Shown: piece after piece, positions 27,368 through 37,249 of the stretch
How the letters are laid out: each line of letters starts with the position of its first letter
Numbering within the stretch: position 1 is the first letter of the stretch
Notes under the pieces: generated by a model
Seen by the model: the letters and a program-made list of their open reading frames with translations, nothing else
What the model was told of the DNA's origin: nothing
The model's database searches: none
Source of the DNA: an uncultured Muribaculaceae bacterium
Lineage (GTDB): Bacteria > Bacillota_I > Bacilli_A > RF39 > UBA660
Assembly (NCBI GenBank): GCA_964453925.1
Contig: CAYVPV010000003.1
Span: 1-60,057, forward strand
Direction: 5' to 3'
Length of the DNA: 60,057 nt
Translations under genes and position numbers: made by a program

Positions 27368-28465
27368 ATGCCATTAACCGCAGGTATAGTTGGGTTACCA
27401 AACGTTGGTAAATCTACTTTATTTAATGCAATTACAAAGAAAAATATTTTAGCAGCTAACTATCCTTTTGCAACGATAGAGCCAAATGTTGGAATGGTTA
27501 CTGTTCCGGATAAAAGATTAGATTTTTTAAATGAGTTAGTAAAACCAAAAAGCTTGGTACCAACTACCTTTGAATTTACTGATATAGCAGGGCTTGTTAA
27601 AGGAGCCTCTCATGGTGAAGGTCTAGGAAATAAGTTTTTATCGCACATAAGAGAAGTTGATGCTGTTGTTGAAGTGGTAAGATGTTTTGATGACGCTAAC
27701 ATTACCCATGTAGAAGGTGATGCAAATCCACTTCGTGACGTAGAAATAATCGATGTTGAATTTATTTTTTGTGATTTAGAAGTAGTTGATAACAGATTAG
27801 CAAAAATAGAAAAAAAAGCGATTAGCACAAAAGATAAAGATGCTTTAAAAGAAGTTGAATTATTAAAGCGAATAAAACTAGCTTTAGAGGATAATATACC
27901 AGCTAGAAAATTAGAATATACAGAAGATGATTTAAAGATTTTAAAAGCTTTTAATCTTCTTACGATGAAACCAATTATTTATGTAGCTAACATAAAAGAA
28001 GATGAAATAGGTACTGATAATAATTATGTTAAAGATTTAAAGGAATATGCTAAAAAGGATAATGCTGAAGTAATCGTATTATGTGCAAAAATAGAAGAAG
28101 AACTAAGTGGCTTTGAAGACGAAGAAAAAGCTGCATTCTTAAGTGATTTAGGAATAGAGGAAAGTGGTCTTGATAAGTTAATTAGAGCATCATATAATTT
28201 ATTAGGACTACAAACATACTTTACTGCAGGACCTAAGGAAGTTAGGGCATGGACTTTTAAAAAAGGTATGAAAGCACCACAGTGTGCTGGAATTATTCAT
28301 AGTGATTTTGAAAAAGGCTTTATTAGAGCAGAAGTAATTTCATTTAGTGATTATGAAAAATATAAAGGTGAAAAAGAAGCAAAAGAAGCAGGCCGACTTA
28401 GAAGCGAAGGTAAAGAATACGTAATGCAAGACGGTGACGTTTGCTTATTTAGATTTAATAATTAG
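27368..28465 (+). CDS. ychF: Redox-regulated ribosome-binding ATPase YchF
   Basis: MPLTAGIVGLPNVGKSTLFNA is the canonical N-terminus. SD GAAGGAG lies before the ATG at 27368. The listed upstream extension crosses a terminator. Confidence 0.95.
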   Translation: MPLTAGIVGLPNVGKSTLFNAITKKNILAANYPFATIEPNVGMVTVPDKRLDFLNELVKPKSLVPTTFEFTDIAGLVKGASHGEGLGNKFLSHIREVDAVVEVVRCFDDANITHVEGDANPLRDVEIIDVEFIFCDLEVVDNRLAKIEKKAISTKDKDALKEVELLKRIKLALEDNIPARKLEYTEDDLKILKAFNLLTMKPIIYVANIKEDEIGTDNNYVKDLKEYAKKDNAEVIVLCAKIEEELSGFEDEEKAAFLSDLGIEESGLDKLIRASYNLLGLQTYFTAGPKEVRAWTFKKGMKAPQCAGIIHSDFEKGFIRAEVISFSDYEKYKGEKEAKEAGRLRSEGKEYVMQDGDVCLFRFNN

Positions 28466-28480
28466 AGAGGAACTTACAAA

Positions 28481-28810
28481 ATGAGTATAAAAAATAGATT
28501 ATTTGGTTTTAGTACTAAAAATTTATATGTTGCTGAATTAATGCGTAAAGAAAAGGTGGATAAAATGCATACTACATTAACATCATTTATTCCTAAAAAG
28601 TTTGTTTTGGTAAAAAATATAGAATATAATTCTTATAAAGATGTTTTTACAAAAACTAATTATGGTATGAAACATGATTATTATTCACCAATGGTTGGTA
28701 CTATTTTAGTTCAGAATTTGTCCCCAATTATATCAACAAAACGAAGGATTAAATATAAAGATGCTGAAGGAATATTAAAAACTAAAAATACAGTATATAT
28801 TAAAAAATAA
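28481..28810 (+). CDS. Hypothetical protein, tandem paralog A
   Basis: SD GAGAGG. Shares TKNLY[VI]AE, K[FY]VL[VI]K, Y.DVF.K and KRRI.YKDAE.IL with the next ORF. Confidence 0.6.
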   Translation: MSIKNRLFGFSTKNLYVAELMRKEKVDKMHTTLTSFIPKKFVLVKNIEYNSYKDVFTKTNYGMKHDYYSPMVGTILVQNLSPIISTKRRIKYKDAEGILKTKNTVYIKK

Positions 28811-28911
28811 ATTGAATATGTTTTGTTATATAAACGTTTGATTTTTACTTCCTTGATATTAAATTAAAAATATGATACACTAAACAACATTTATTAGCGT
28901 GGAGGATTTAT

Positions 28912-29235
28912 ATGGAAAGAAAAATAAATACAAAGAATTTATATATTGCTGAAATTGGAAAATTTAATATAAGATATGACTGCGATTGTGAAAAGGCTGT
29001 GGCTACTTCATATTCACCGCCAAAATACGTATTAATCAAAAAGAATATATTTAATAATTATAGCGATGTATTTTCTAAGAGAAAATATATGTCTTTTAAT
29101 AAAGCTTCGAGAAAGTTTTTTTGTGATAACATTGATGTTGTTGTTTGCGGAATGGAACCATTAATCATCAGCAAAAGAAGAATATCATACAAAGATGCTG
29201 AGAAAATTTTAAATAAAAAAATGAAGAATATGTGA
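28912..29235 (+). CDS. Hypothetical protein, tandem paralog B
   Basis: SD GGAGG and the same motif set as 28481-28810. Confidence 0.6.
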   Translation: MERKINTKNLYIAEIGKFNIRYDCDCEKAVATSYSPPKYVLIKKNIFNNYSDVFSKRKYMSFNKASRKFFCDNIDVVVCGMEPLIISKRRISYKDAEKILNKKMKNM

Positions 29236-29285
29236 AACTTATGAATTTTTAAAATAATTAATAATAATATATAATGAAAATAAGG

Positions 29286-29314
29286 TTTACATTAATCTTC
29301 TTTTTTGTTACAAT
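29286..29314 (+). promoter_or_regulatory. Promoter of the rpsF-ssb-rpsR operon
   Basis: TTTACA, 17-nt spacer, TACAAT, followed by an 80-nt leader. Confidence 0.6.
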
Positions 29315-29395
29315 ACAAAATGAGTAATGAATTTTACTCTCTTGCTCTTAATAAAAAATTAAGGGCCGAATAGACCATAAGAGGAGGAAAATAAT

Positions 29396-29680
29396 ATGAA
29401 ATACGAAATTATGTTCATTGTTAGACCAAATGTTGAAGAAGCTAAAGTTAAAGAAGTTGCCAAAAACTTTGAAAAGGTTTTAGCTGATAACGAAGCTAAA
29501 GTTACATCTTCAAAAGATTTAGGTCAAAAAGAATTAGCTTATGAAATAAGTGGTCATAAGACTGGTTACTATTTCTTAATCAATTTAGAAGCAAATAGTG
29601 CTAAAGCTATTAATGAATTTGATCGTTTAGCTTTAATAAGCGAAGATGTTATTCGTCATTTAATCGTAAAAGAAGACTAA
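29396..29680 (+). CDS. rpsF: 30S ribosomal protein S6
   Basis: MKYEIMFIVRPN... and operon context. Confidence 0.97.
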   Translation: MKYEIMFIVRPNVEEAKVKEVAKNFEKVLADNEAKVTSSKDLGQKELAYEISGHKTGYYFLINLEANSAKAINEFDRLALISEDVIRHLIVKED

Positions 29681-29699
29681 GTAAAGTAGAGGAAATATT

Positions 29700-30170
29700 A
29701 TGAATAAAGCATTTTTAATCGGAAGATTAACAAGAGACCCAGAATTAAGATATTCATCTAGTAACGCTGCAATAGTAAACTTTTCTATTGCAATTGATAG
29801 ACAATATACTAATCAGCAAGGACAAAGAGAAGCTGATTTTATCAATATTGTGGCTTTTCAAAAACAAGCTGAAAACATAAAAAAATATGTTTCAAAAGGT
29901 TCTTTAGTTGCGGTAGATGGAAGAATTCAAACTAGAAACTACGAAGATAAAGATGGAAAACGTGTTTATGTTACAGAAGTGGTAGCTGACCGTGTTCAAT
30001 TCCTTGATTCTAGAAATTCTGGAAACACAGTAGCCCCTGCTGGTGAAGATAATGTTTCACCTGCAGATTTCCAAACTGAATCAGCTCCAAAAGAAACAAA
30101 CGTTTCTGATGATGTATTTGCTGATTTCGGTAGTTCAATAGAAATATCAGATGACGATATCGCATTTTAA
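29700..30170 (+). CDS. ssb: Single-stranded DNA-binding protein
   Basis: MNKAFLIGRLTRDPELRY OB fold and an acidic C-terminal tail ending DDDIAF. Confidence 0.97.
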   Translation: MNKAFLIGRLTRDPELRYSSSNAAIVNFSIAIDRQYTNQQGQREADFINIVAFQKQAENIKKYVSKGSLVAVDGRIQTRNYEDKDGKRVYVTEVVADRVQFLDSRNSGNTVAPAGEDNVSPADFQTESAPKETNVSDDVFADFGSSIEISDDDIAF

Positions 30171-30198
30171 TTATTAATTAAGAAAAGGAGGAATAACA

Positions 30199-30414
30199 AT
30201 GGCAGAATTCTTCAGAAAGAAAAAGAAAATTTGTCAAATGTGTGCTGGCAAAAGCGTAGATTATAAAGATCCTGAAATTTTAAGAAAATATATAAATGAA
30301 AAGGGTAAAATTTTACCTAGAAGAGTAACAGGAGCTTGTTCTAAACATCAAAGACATATAGCACAACAAATTAAAAGAGCTAGAATGATAGCTTTATTAC
30401 CATTTACAAAATAA
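30199..30414 (+). CDS. rpsR: 30S ribosomal protein S18
   Basis: [39 protein letters not shown]. Confidence 0.97.
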   Translation: MAEFFRKKKKICQMCAGKSVDYKDPEILRKYINEKGKILPRRVTGACSKHQRHIAQQIKRARMIALLPFTK

Positions 30415-30419
30415 TTATT

Positions 30420-30457
30420 AGAAAGTATGCATAATTTAAGCATACTTTCTTTTCTTT
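30420..30457 (+). terminator. Rho-independent terminator after rpsR
   Basis: AGAAAGTATGC-ataatttaa-GCATACTTTCT stem followed by a T-tract. Confidence 0.85.
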
Positions 30458-30518
30458 TAAATAAATACAAAGTATGTTATAATATGTTTGCGAGATTAAT
30501 TAGAAAGGTGGACTAATT

Positions 30519-30959
30519 ATGAAAGTTATATTTACAAAAGACGTTAAAGGCCAAGGAAAGGCTGGAGATATAAAAGAAGTTAAAGATGGATATGCTCAAA
30601 ACTTTTTAATAAGAAATGGTTATGCGGTTGCTTATACTTCAAGAAGTAAAGAAATATTAGATATTAGTAATAAAAACAAGGCAGACCAAGAAGCAGCTGA
30701 AATAAAAAGATGTGAATCAATCAAAAAAGAACTAAAAGATAGGGTTTTAATATTTAAAGTTAAAACAGGAAAACAAGACCAAGTATTTGGCAGTATATCA
30801 ACTAAACAAATTTCAAATGAATTAGAAAAAATCGGTTATAAGATAGATAAGAAAAAGATAGTTTTAGAAGAACCAATAAGTTCGTTAGGGTACCATGAAG
30901 TAAAAATTAATTTACATAAAAAAGTCCAAGCAAGAGTTACTGTCGAATTAGTAAAATAA
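30519..30959 (+). CDS. rplI: 50S ribosomal protein L9
   Basis: MKVIFTKDVKGQGKAGDIKEVKDGYAQNFLI. Confidence 0.97.
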   Translation: MKVIFTKDVKGQGKAGDIKEVKDGYAQNFLIRNGYAVAYTSRSKEILDISNKNKADQEAAEIKRCESIKKELKDRVLIFKVKTGKQDQVFGSISTKQISNELEKIGYKIDKKKIVLEEPISSLGYHEVKINLHKKVQARVTVELVK

Positions 30960-30983
30960 AAGATGTAGGGAAGTGATGATAAA

Positions 30984-32327
30984 ATGGCGGAGAGAAACAT
31001 TCCACAATCGGTTGAAGCAGAAAAGGCTGTACTAGGTTCTGCCTTTTTATCAAAAATTGCTTTACAAAAAATGTGCGATGAATTATCAAGTGAACATTTT
31101 TATAGCGAAGCCAATGCTAAGATTTTTGAAACATTACAGGAATTAAACAATGAATCTTCACCAATAGATATAACTATAGTTACAAATAGACTGACTGATA
31201 AGAAGATATTAAGTCAAGTTGGCAACGTGGAATACTTATCGGAAATAATAGATTCAGTTCCGAGTGCATCAAACGTAGAATACTATATAAATATAGTTAA
31301 AGAAAAAATGGTTGGTAGAAAAATTATTGAAACTGCAACCGAAATAGCAAATGATGCATATGTATCTGAAGATTCTATTTATGATGTTTTAGAAAATGCT
31401 GAAATGAAAATGCTTAGAATTGGTAACATGAGAAAGACAACTGAATTTCAAAACATCCAAGATGTAGCATATCGTGAACAAGCAAATCTTGAAAAATTAG
31501 CAGAACGTGGTTCTGAAATAACGGGGCTAGCAACAGGTTTTACTGATTTTGATAAGCTTACTGCGGGTTTGCAACCAAATCAATTTATAATAATTGCTGC
31601 CCGTCCAGCGATGGGTAAAACATCTTTTATGCTTAATTTAGCCACTAATGCCGCTATGCATACAGATAAAGCAGTTGCAGTATTTAACCTAGAAATGAGT
31701 GCTGAACAATTAGCAAATAGAGTACTTCAATCGCTAGGCCAAATAGATGGAACAAAGATGCGTACAGGTCGTCTTGAACATAATGACTGGAAAAGACTCA
31801 ATGAAGCAATTAGCAAGTTATCTAGTGTTAATATATGTGTTGATGATACTCCAGGTATTACGATTGGAGAAATAAGAAGTAAATGTCGTAGACTTGCTAA
31901 TTCGGATAAGGGTTTAGGTTTGGTTATAATAGATTATTTACAATTAATTACAGGCCCTGCAAAAACAGTTGGAAACAGGCAACAAGAAGTATCTGAAATA
32001 TCACGTAGTTTAAAGTTGATGGCTTTAGAGTTGGGTGTTCCTGTTATAGCAGCAGCTCAGTTATCGCGTGCCGTTGAAGCAAGAGAGGATAAAAGACCGA
32101 TAATGAGTGACTTAAGGGAGTCTGGTTCTATAGAACAAGATGCTGACATAGTATCATTCTTATATAGAGATGATTATTATAATAAAGAAGCAAGGCGTGA
32201 TGATAACGCTAGTATATCTGAATTTATAATTGGGAAAAACAGAAGTGGTCCAACAACTACAATAGAGTTATTATTTAAAAAGAATACGTCTACTTTTGTT
32301 AATTTTCAAAGAGAGAATGGTGAGTAA
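30984..32327 (+). CDS. dnaB: Replicative DNA helicase
   Basis: PQSVEAEKAVLGS, Walker A AARPAMGKTSF, DYLQLI. Confidence 0.97.
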   Translation: MAERNIPQSVEAEKAVLGSAFLSKIALQKMCDELSSEHFYSEANAKIFETLQELNNESSPIDITIVTNRLTDKKILSQVGNVEYLSEIIDSVPSASNVEYYINIVKEKMVGRKIIETATEIANDAYVSEDSIYDVLENAEMKMLRIGNMRKTTEFQNIQDVAYREQANLEKLAERGSEITGLATGFTDFDKLTAGLQPNQFIIIAARPAMGKTSFMLNLATNAAMHTDKAVAVFNLEMSAEQLANRVLQSLGQIDGTKMRTGRLEHNDWKRLNEAISKLSSVNICVDDTPGITIGEIRSKCRRLANSDKGLGLVIIDYLQLITGPAKTVGNRQQEVSEISRSLKLMALELGVPVIAAAQLSRAVEAREDKRPIMSDLRESGSIEQDADIVSFLYRDDYYNKEARRDDNASISEFIIGKNRSGPTTTIELLFKKNTSTFVNFQRENGE

Positions 32328-32329
32328 TT

Positions 32330-33808
32330 ATGATTAAAGTAATAAAAACGGGGTTAACTTATATTTTTGCAATAGCTATATCGGCGATTATTGTATTCTT
32401 TGTTAATTTTGCACATAGATATCAATTAAAACCACAAGAGGTATATAAAGTTTATTTAGATGGAAAAGTAGTTGGTAATATTAATGACAAAGAAGAATTA
32501 GAAGAATATATTAACGAAGAACAAAAGGACTTAAAGGAAAAATATGATGTTGATAGGGTATATATACCAGCTGGTGTGGATATTCAAAAATGTATTACTT
32601 ATGAAAAAGAAGTTTTAACGGCTAAGCAAGTTCATAATATTATAAAAGAAGAAAAACCGTTTACTGTTGAGGGATATAAGGTCACTATAAAATCAAATTC
32701 GGAAGACGAATCAGATATTGTCATAAATGTTTTAGATAAGGATGTGTTTGATAAATCAATAAAGTCTGTTGTCGGAGCTTTTGTTAGTAGCGACGATATG
32801 AAAAATTTTGAAAATGATACACAAACAGAAATAAAAGAAACAGGTACTTTAATTGAAGATATTTATATAGACCAAAACATAACAATAAAACATAGCTATA
32901 TTTCAGCAGATGAGGAGATATTTACAGATGAAAAAACACTAACTAAATATTTAATGTTTGGTGAGGTTAAAGAAGATCAATATTATACGGTGCAAGATGG
33001 AGATACAATAGATTCGATAGCATATGATCATCAACTTGCAACTGAAGAATTTTTAATTGTTAATCCAGAATTTACTAGTGCTAATAATATTTTATCAGTT
33101 GGACAAGAAGTAAAGGTTGGTTTAATTAATCCAATTGTTGACGTTGTTGTTGAAACCCATAATGTACTTGATCAAGAAAGTCAATATAAAACGGTGACTG
33201 AAGATGATTCATCTTTAGACTATGGTGTAGAAAAGGTGGTTACTGAAGGACAAAACGGTACAGATAGGCTTACCACTAAAATTAAATCCGTTAATGGCGA
33301 AACAACAAATGTTGTAATAGTAAGTTCTGAAACTTTAACACCGTCAGTTGATAAAGTAGTAAAAGTTGGTACTAAAATTACTTCTACTGGTGGAACACCA
33401 GCAATAGTAACTGGATCATGGGCATGGCCAACCATTTCACAATACTATATTTCAAGTTACTTTGCTTATCGTTGGGGTAAATTGCACGAAGCTATAGATA
33501 TCGCTGGTAGTGGTGAGGGATCACCAATATTTGCAGCAGGTTCTGGTACTGTTGTAACCGCAAAGAAAAATGCAGCAAGTTTAGGTAACTATGTTACAAT
33601 AAACCATAACAATGGATATTACACTATTTATGGTCATATGCGTTCTTTAACAGTTACCGAAGGTCAAACGGTAGAAAAAGGTCAACAAATAGGGACAATG
33701 GGACATACTGGTTTTGCAACTGGTACTCACCTTCACTTTGGTTTATATAGAAACGGTATGCCATATCGGGATGGTATTCCAACAGATCCACTTATTTTAT
33801 ATAAATAA
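32330..33808 (+). CDS. Membrane-anchored LysM + G5 + M23 peptidoglycan endopeptidase
   Basis: N-terminal TM helix. LysM (YTVQDGDTIDSIAYDHQL..GQEVKV). G5-like (VTEGQNGTDRLTTKIKSVNGE..KVVKVGTK). M23 motifs HEAIDIAG and GTHLHFGLY. Confidence 0.85.
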   Translation: MIKVIKTGLTYIFAIAISAIIVFFVNFAHRYQLKPQEVYKVYLDGKVVGNINDKEELEEYINEEQKDLKEKYDVDRVYIPAGVDIQKCITYEKEVLTAKQVHNIIKEEKPFTVEGYKVTIKSNSEDESDIVINVLDKDVFDKSIKSVVGAFVSSDDMKNFENDTQTEIKETGTLIEDIYIDQNITIKHSYISADEEIFTDEKTLTKYLMFGEVKEDQYYTVQDGDTIDSIAYDHQLATEEFLIVNPEFTSANNILSVGQEVKVGLINPIVDVVVETHNVLDQESQYKTVTEDDSSLDYGVEKVVTEGQNGTDRLTTKIKSVNGETTNVVIVSSETLTPSVDKVVKVGTKITSTGGTPAIVTGSWAWPTISQYYISSYFAYRWGKLHEAIDIAGSGEGSPIFAAGSGTVVTAKKNAASLGNYVTINHNNGYYTIYGHMRSLTVTEGQTVEKGQQIGTMGHTGFATGTHLHFGLYRNGMPYRDGIPTDPLILYK

Positions 33809-34575
33809 TGGAAGTATCAGTATTATCAAGTGGTAGTAAGGGTAATAGTGTATTAATACAAACTAGTAACACTAAGATTTTAATAGATCTTGGTGTTACA
33901 AAATCTTATGTAGAAGAAAAATTAGAAGAATTAAAAGTGGATCCTAATGAGATAAAAGCTATATTAATAACACATACCCATGTGGATCATATACAAGGGT
34001 TAAAAGTTTTTTTAAAAAAATATCATCCTAAGTTATATGTTAATAATGCCATATTATCATTACTTCAAGAATATATTAATGATTTTGATTACGTTTTATA
34101 TGAAATGCCTTCTTTTAAAATAGATGATTTAGGTATAGAAGTTATTAAAACTTCCCATGATGTTGAAGGGTCTGTTGGTTTCATTGTTAAGAATGGAGAA
34201 AAGTCATTAGTTAATATAACTGATACAGGGTATATTAACAACAGATATTTTAAAAAGTTAAGCAATCATGATTTATATATAATGGAAAGTAATCATGATG
34301 TTGAAATGCTTATGAATGGTAAATATCCTTTTCATTTAAAAAAAAGAATATTAAGCGATAAAGGACATTTATCTAATGCTGATGCATCATATTACTTATC
34401 AGAATTTATTGGGAATAAAACAAAGACTATAATTTTAGCGCACTTAAGTGATGACAATAACACTTACGAAAAAGCAAAAGAAACTTTAAAAGGTGTTTTA
34501 GAATCAAAAAATAAAAAAGTGGATAATATTGTGGTTGCTAAACAAAAACAAAGAACGGACATGATAGAAGTATGA
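33808..34575 (+). CDS. MBL-fold metallo-hydrolase (WalJ/YycJ-like)
   Basis: VLSSGSKGNSVLIQT...ILITHTHVDHIQGL, and position directly upstream of rlmH as in Bacillus. Confidence 0.8.
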   Translation: MEVSVLSSGSKGNSVLIQTSNTKILIDLGVTKSYVEEKLEELKVDPNEIKAILITHTHVDHIQGLKVFLKKYHPKLYVNNAILSLLQEYINDFDYVLYEMPSFKIDDLGIEVIKTSHDVEGSVGFIVKNGEKSLVNITDTGYINNRYFKKLSNHDLYIMESNHDVEMLMNGKYPFHLKKRILSDKGHLSNADASYYLSEFIGNKTKTIILAHLSDDNNTYEKAKETLKGVLESKNKKVDNIVVAKQKQRTDMIEV

Positions 34576-35018
34576 TAAAAATAATTTGTGTTGGAAAAAT
34601 TAAAGAAAAATATTTTGTTGATGCTATAAAAGAATATCAAAAAAGAATTTCGAAATATACAAAGTTAGAAATAATAGAGTTACCAGATTATAACTATGAT
34701 GTTAGTAAAACTAAATTAGAAGAGGGAAAAAATATTCTTTCTAAAATAAAACCTTCAGATTTTGTTGTAACATTAGAAGTAGAAGGAAAAAAAGTTTCAT
34801 CACAAGGATTATCAAATTTTATTAGTAAAAATATTTCAAGAAACATTACTTTTGTAATTGGTGGTTCTAACGGACTATCACAAGATGTACTGGAAAGATC
34901 TAACTATGCATTATCTTTTTCTGATTTAACTTTTCCTCATCAACTTTTTAGAATAATACTGTTAGAACAAATATATAGGGCTTTTAAGATAATAAATAAT
35001 GAAAGTTACCACAAGTAG
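34572..35018 (+). CDS. rlmH: 23S rRNA (pseudouridine1915-N3)-methyltransferase
   Basis: SPOUT-family pattern VIGGSNGLSQDVL...LSFSDLTFPHQLFRIILLEQIYRAF. Confidence 0.92.
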   Translation: MIKIICVGKIKEKYFVDAIKEYQKRISKYTKLEIIELPDYNYDVSKTKLEEGKNILSKIKPSDFVVTLEVEGKKVSSQGLSNFISKNISRNITFVIGGSNGLSQDVLERSNYALSFSDLTFPHQLFRIILLEQIYRAFKIINNESYHK

Positions 35019-35081
35019 CTTTTTATTTATTATTTTTTATAATTATGCTATAATAAATTTAATTTGAAAGAGGGTTTTGAT

Positions 35082-35822
35082 ATGTTAAAAATAGCAACCT
35101 ATAATATTAAAAATAAATCTGCTAGAAAAATTTTAAGACTTAAACCGACACAATTTATGATGTTTAATAAAAACGTTGAACTAATAAAAGAGGCAAATCC
35201 GGATATAATTGGTCTCCAAGAGGTAACAAAAGAAGAATACGAGTGGCTAGAAGAATGTTTTAAGGGCCGATATGAATTATATGGTAATTTTCGAGAAAGT
35301 GTAGGGATTACTAATGAAGCCTGCCCTATCATGGTAAAAGAAGGAATAGGATATGTTATTAATTATGGTACATTTTCCATTTCTGATGATATAAATATAG
35401 TTGGTAAAAAATATTTTGGATCGTTTTTTCCTAGGGTTGTAACATATGTAAAATTTATTGATGATCTTAACGAATATTTTATAATGAATACACATGTTGA
35501 TAATTCTAAACGTATTCAAAGGAAAACTTTTGATATAGGTGGCCCTATAGAACAAGTTTTGGATAAATATGGATCAGATAACCAGATAATAATGGGAGAT
35601 ATGAATACTGCTATAACAGGCCCTTTAAAAGATTTTTGTTATAGAAATTCTTTAGGGGATGCAGCTTTACCACTTGGAAATACATATAAACCACTTAATA
35701 TGACGCTTGATCATATATTATATACTGATTCTGAAATGAACTTAGGTAATACTAAACAATTTTCTAATAACGGAAGTGATCATAGTCTTATAATGACTGA
35801 AATTTATACAAAAAGGAGTTAA
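35082..35822 (+). CDS. Endonuclease/exonuclease/phosphatase (EEP) family protein
   Basis: MLKIATYNIK, GLQEV, GDMN, SDHS motifs. The ATG at 35082 follows AAGAGGG. Confidence 0.8.
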   Translation: MLKIATYNIKNKSARKILRLKPTQFMMFNKNVELIKEANPDIIGLQEVTKEEYEWLEECFKGRYELYGNFRESVGITNEACPIMVKEGIGYVINYGTFSISDDINIVGKKYFGSFFPRVVTYVKFIDDLNEYFIMNTHVDNSKRIQRKTFDIGGPIEQVLDKYGSDNQIIMGDMNTAITGPLKDFCYRNSLGDAALPLGNTYKPLNMTLDHILYTDSEMNLGNTKQFSNNGSDHSLIMTEIYTKRS

Positions 35823-35824
35823 CT

Positions 35825-36475
35825 ATGTTTAATAATAGTTGGGATGAAGTATTGCACGAGGAAATGCAAAAGAGTTACTTTAAATATATAAAGGAATATG
35901 TTAAAGAAGAAAGACTTTCAAAAACTATTTTTCCGCCAGCACAAGACTTATTTAACGCTTTTAAATTAACTGATTTCAAAGACATTAAGGTAGTTATATT
36001 AGGACAAGATCCATATCATGGAGAAAAAGAAGCCATGGGACTTTCTTTTTCTGTTAGAAGAGGAGTTCGAACACCTCCATCACTTAGGAACATTTTTAAA
36101 GAATTACATGATGATTTAGGAATAGATAGGACTGATACGGATTTGTCAGATTGGGCAAGGCAAGGGGTATTTTTGCTTAATACCGTTCTTACCGTAGAAA
36201 AAGATAAAGCTAATTCTCACAAAGATATAGGATGGGAAATTTTTACTGATTACGTAATAAAACAAATAAATGATAAGCTAGATAACGTAGTATTTATCTT
36301 ATGGGGAAGACAAGCTAGGGATAAAAAAAGAATGATAACTAATCCTAATCATTACATAATTGAATCGGCCCATCCATCTCCGCTTTCTGCATATAACGGA
36401 TTTTTTGGAAGTAGACCTTTTTCTAAAACAAATGAATTTTTAAAAGAACATAACAAAAGTGAGATTAAATTCTAA
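35825..36475 (+). CDS. ung: Uracil-DNA glycosylase
   Basis: ILGQDPYH, GVFLLNTVLTV, HPSPLS. Confidence 0.96.
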   Translation: MFNNSWDEVLHEEMQKSYFKYIKEYVKEERLSKTIFPPAQDLFNAFKLTDFKDIKVVILGQDPYHGEKEAMGLSFSVRRGVRTPPSLRNIFKELHDDLGIDRTDTDLSDWARQGVFLLNTVLTVEKDKANSHKDIGWEIFTDYVIKQINDKLDNVVFILWGRQARDKKRMITNPNHYIIESAHPSPLSAYNGFFGSRPFSKTNEFLKEHNKSEIKF

Positions 36476-36483
36476 TCTCACTT

Positions 36484-37017
36484 TTAATATTTAAATTCAT
36501 TATAATCACTATCGTTAAGACTTTTTTTATCAAAAAATAACTTTTCTTTTCTTCTCTTTATTAAAGTTATAATTATAATGGGAAATCTTTTGATTAACCT
36601 ATTATATTTACTTGCTTGATTATTATAGTAATCTTTATACGCATTAAGTAAATCTTCTGTTTCTGTTACCTTAAATGCTATTTTCTGAAAATCTTCACTT
36701 TTTTGTAATTTTTGGTACTTTTCTTTTATAAGATAGAATTCATTTATATATATAAGCAATTTCCTATCTAATTCCATCATGTTGATACCATTATCATCAA
36801 TTTGTGACAAACCGTCATATACATCTTTATTGGTTTTTACAATTTTCTTAATAAGTTTTTCTGAATCTTTAATTAGTTCTTTTCTTTTTATTAACGTACT
36901 ATTTATTTTTTCCTCGATATTATTAATTTTAATAGCTAAAAAGTTAATTTTATCATGATAGATATTATAAATTAATAATATAAAGCTAAGTATAAGAACA
37001 ATAACTACAATGATCAT
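36484..37017 (-). CDS. lemA: LemA family protein
   Basis: N-terminal TM helix and a C-terminal YYNNQASKYNRLIKRFP....FFD pattern equivalent to LemA FYND..YN..I..FP. Confidence 0.6.
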   Translation of the reverse strand: MIIVVIVLILSFILLIYNIYHDKINFLAIKINNIEEKINSTLIKRKELIKDSEKLIKKIVKTNKDVYDGLSQIDDNGINMMELDRKLLIYINEFYLIKEKYQKLQKSEDFQKIAFKVTETEDLLNAYKDYYNNQASKYNRLIKRFPIIIITLIKRRKEKLFFDKKSLNDSDYNEFKY

Positions 37018-37174
37018 ATTATCTACCTCTATTCTAAATTAAATTATAGCAAAAGTAGATAACATTTACAAGTTAATAAGTTTTTGAGTTTAATTATTTC
37101 GCCAAAAATAATAATAATTTTTTATGCTAATTAAATTTTGCTACATTTGAGGTATACTTACTTTATTTTGTATT

Positions 37175-37212
37175 AAAAATCAAAGAATGTAGAAACTTTT
37201 CTTTGATTTTTT
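37175..37212 (-). terminator. Terminator downstream of gerQ (symmetric stem)
   Basis: AAAAATCAAAGAA...TTCTTTGATTTTT, with T-runs on both strands. Confidence 0.75.
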
Positions 37213-37249
37213 CTTTTGTTTTTAAACTTTTCCTAAACACCAAAATAAG

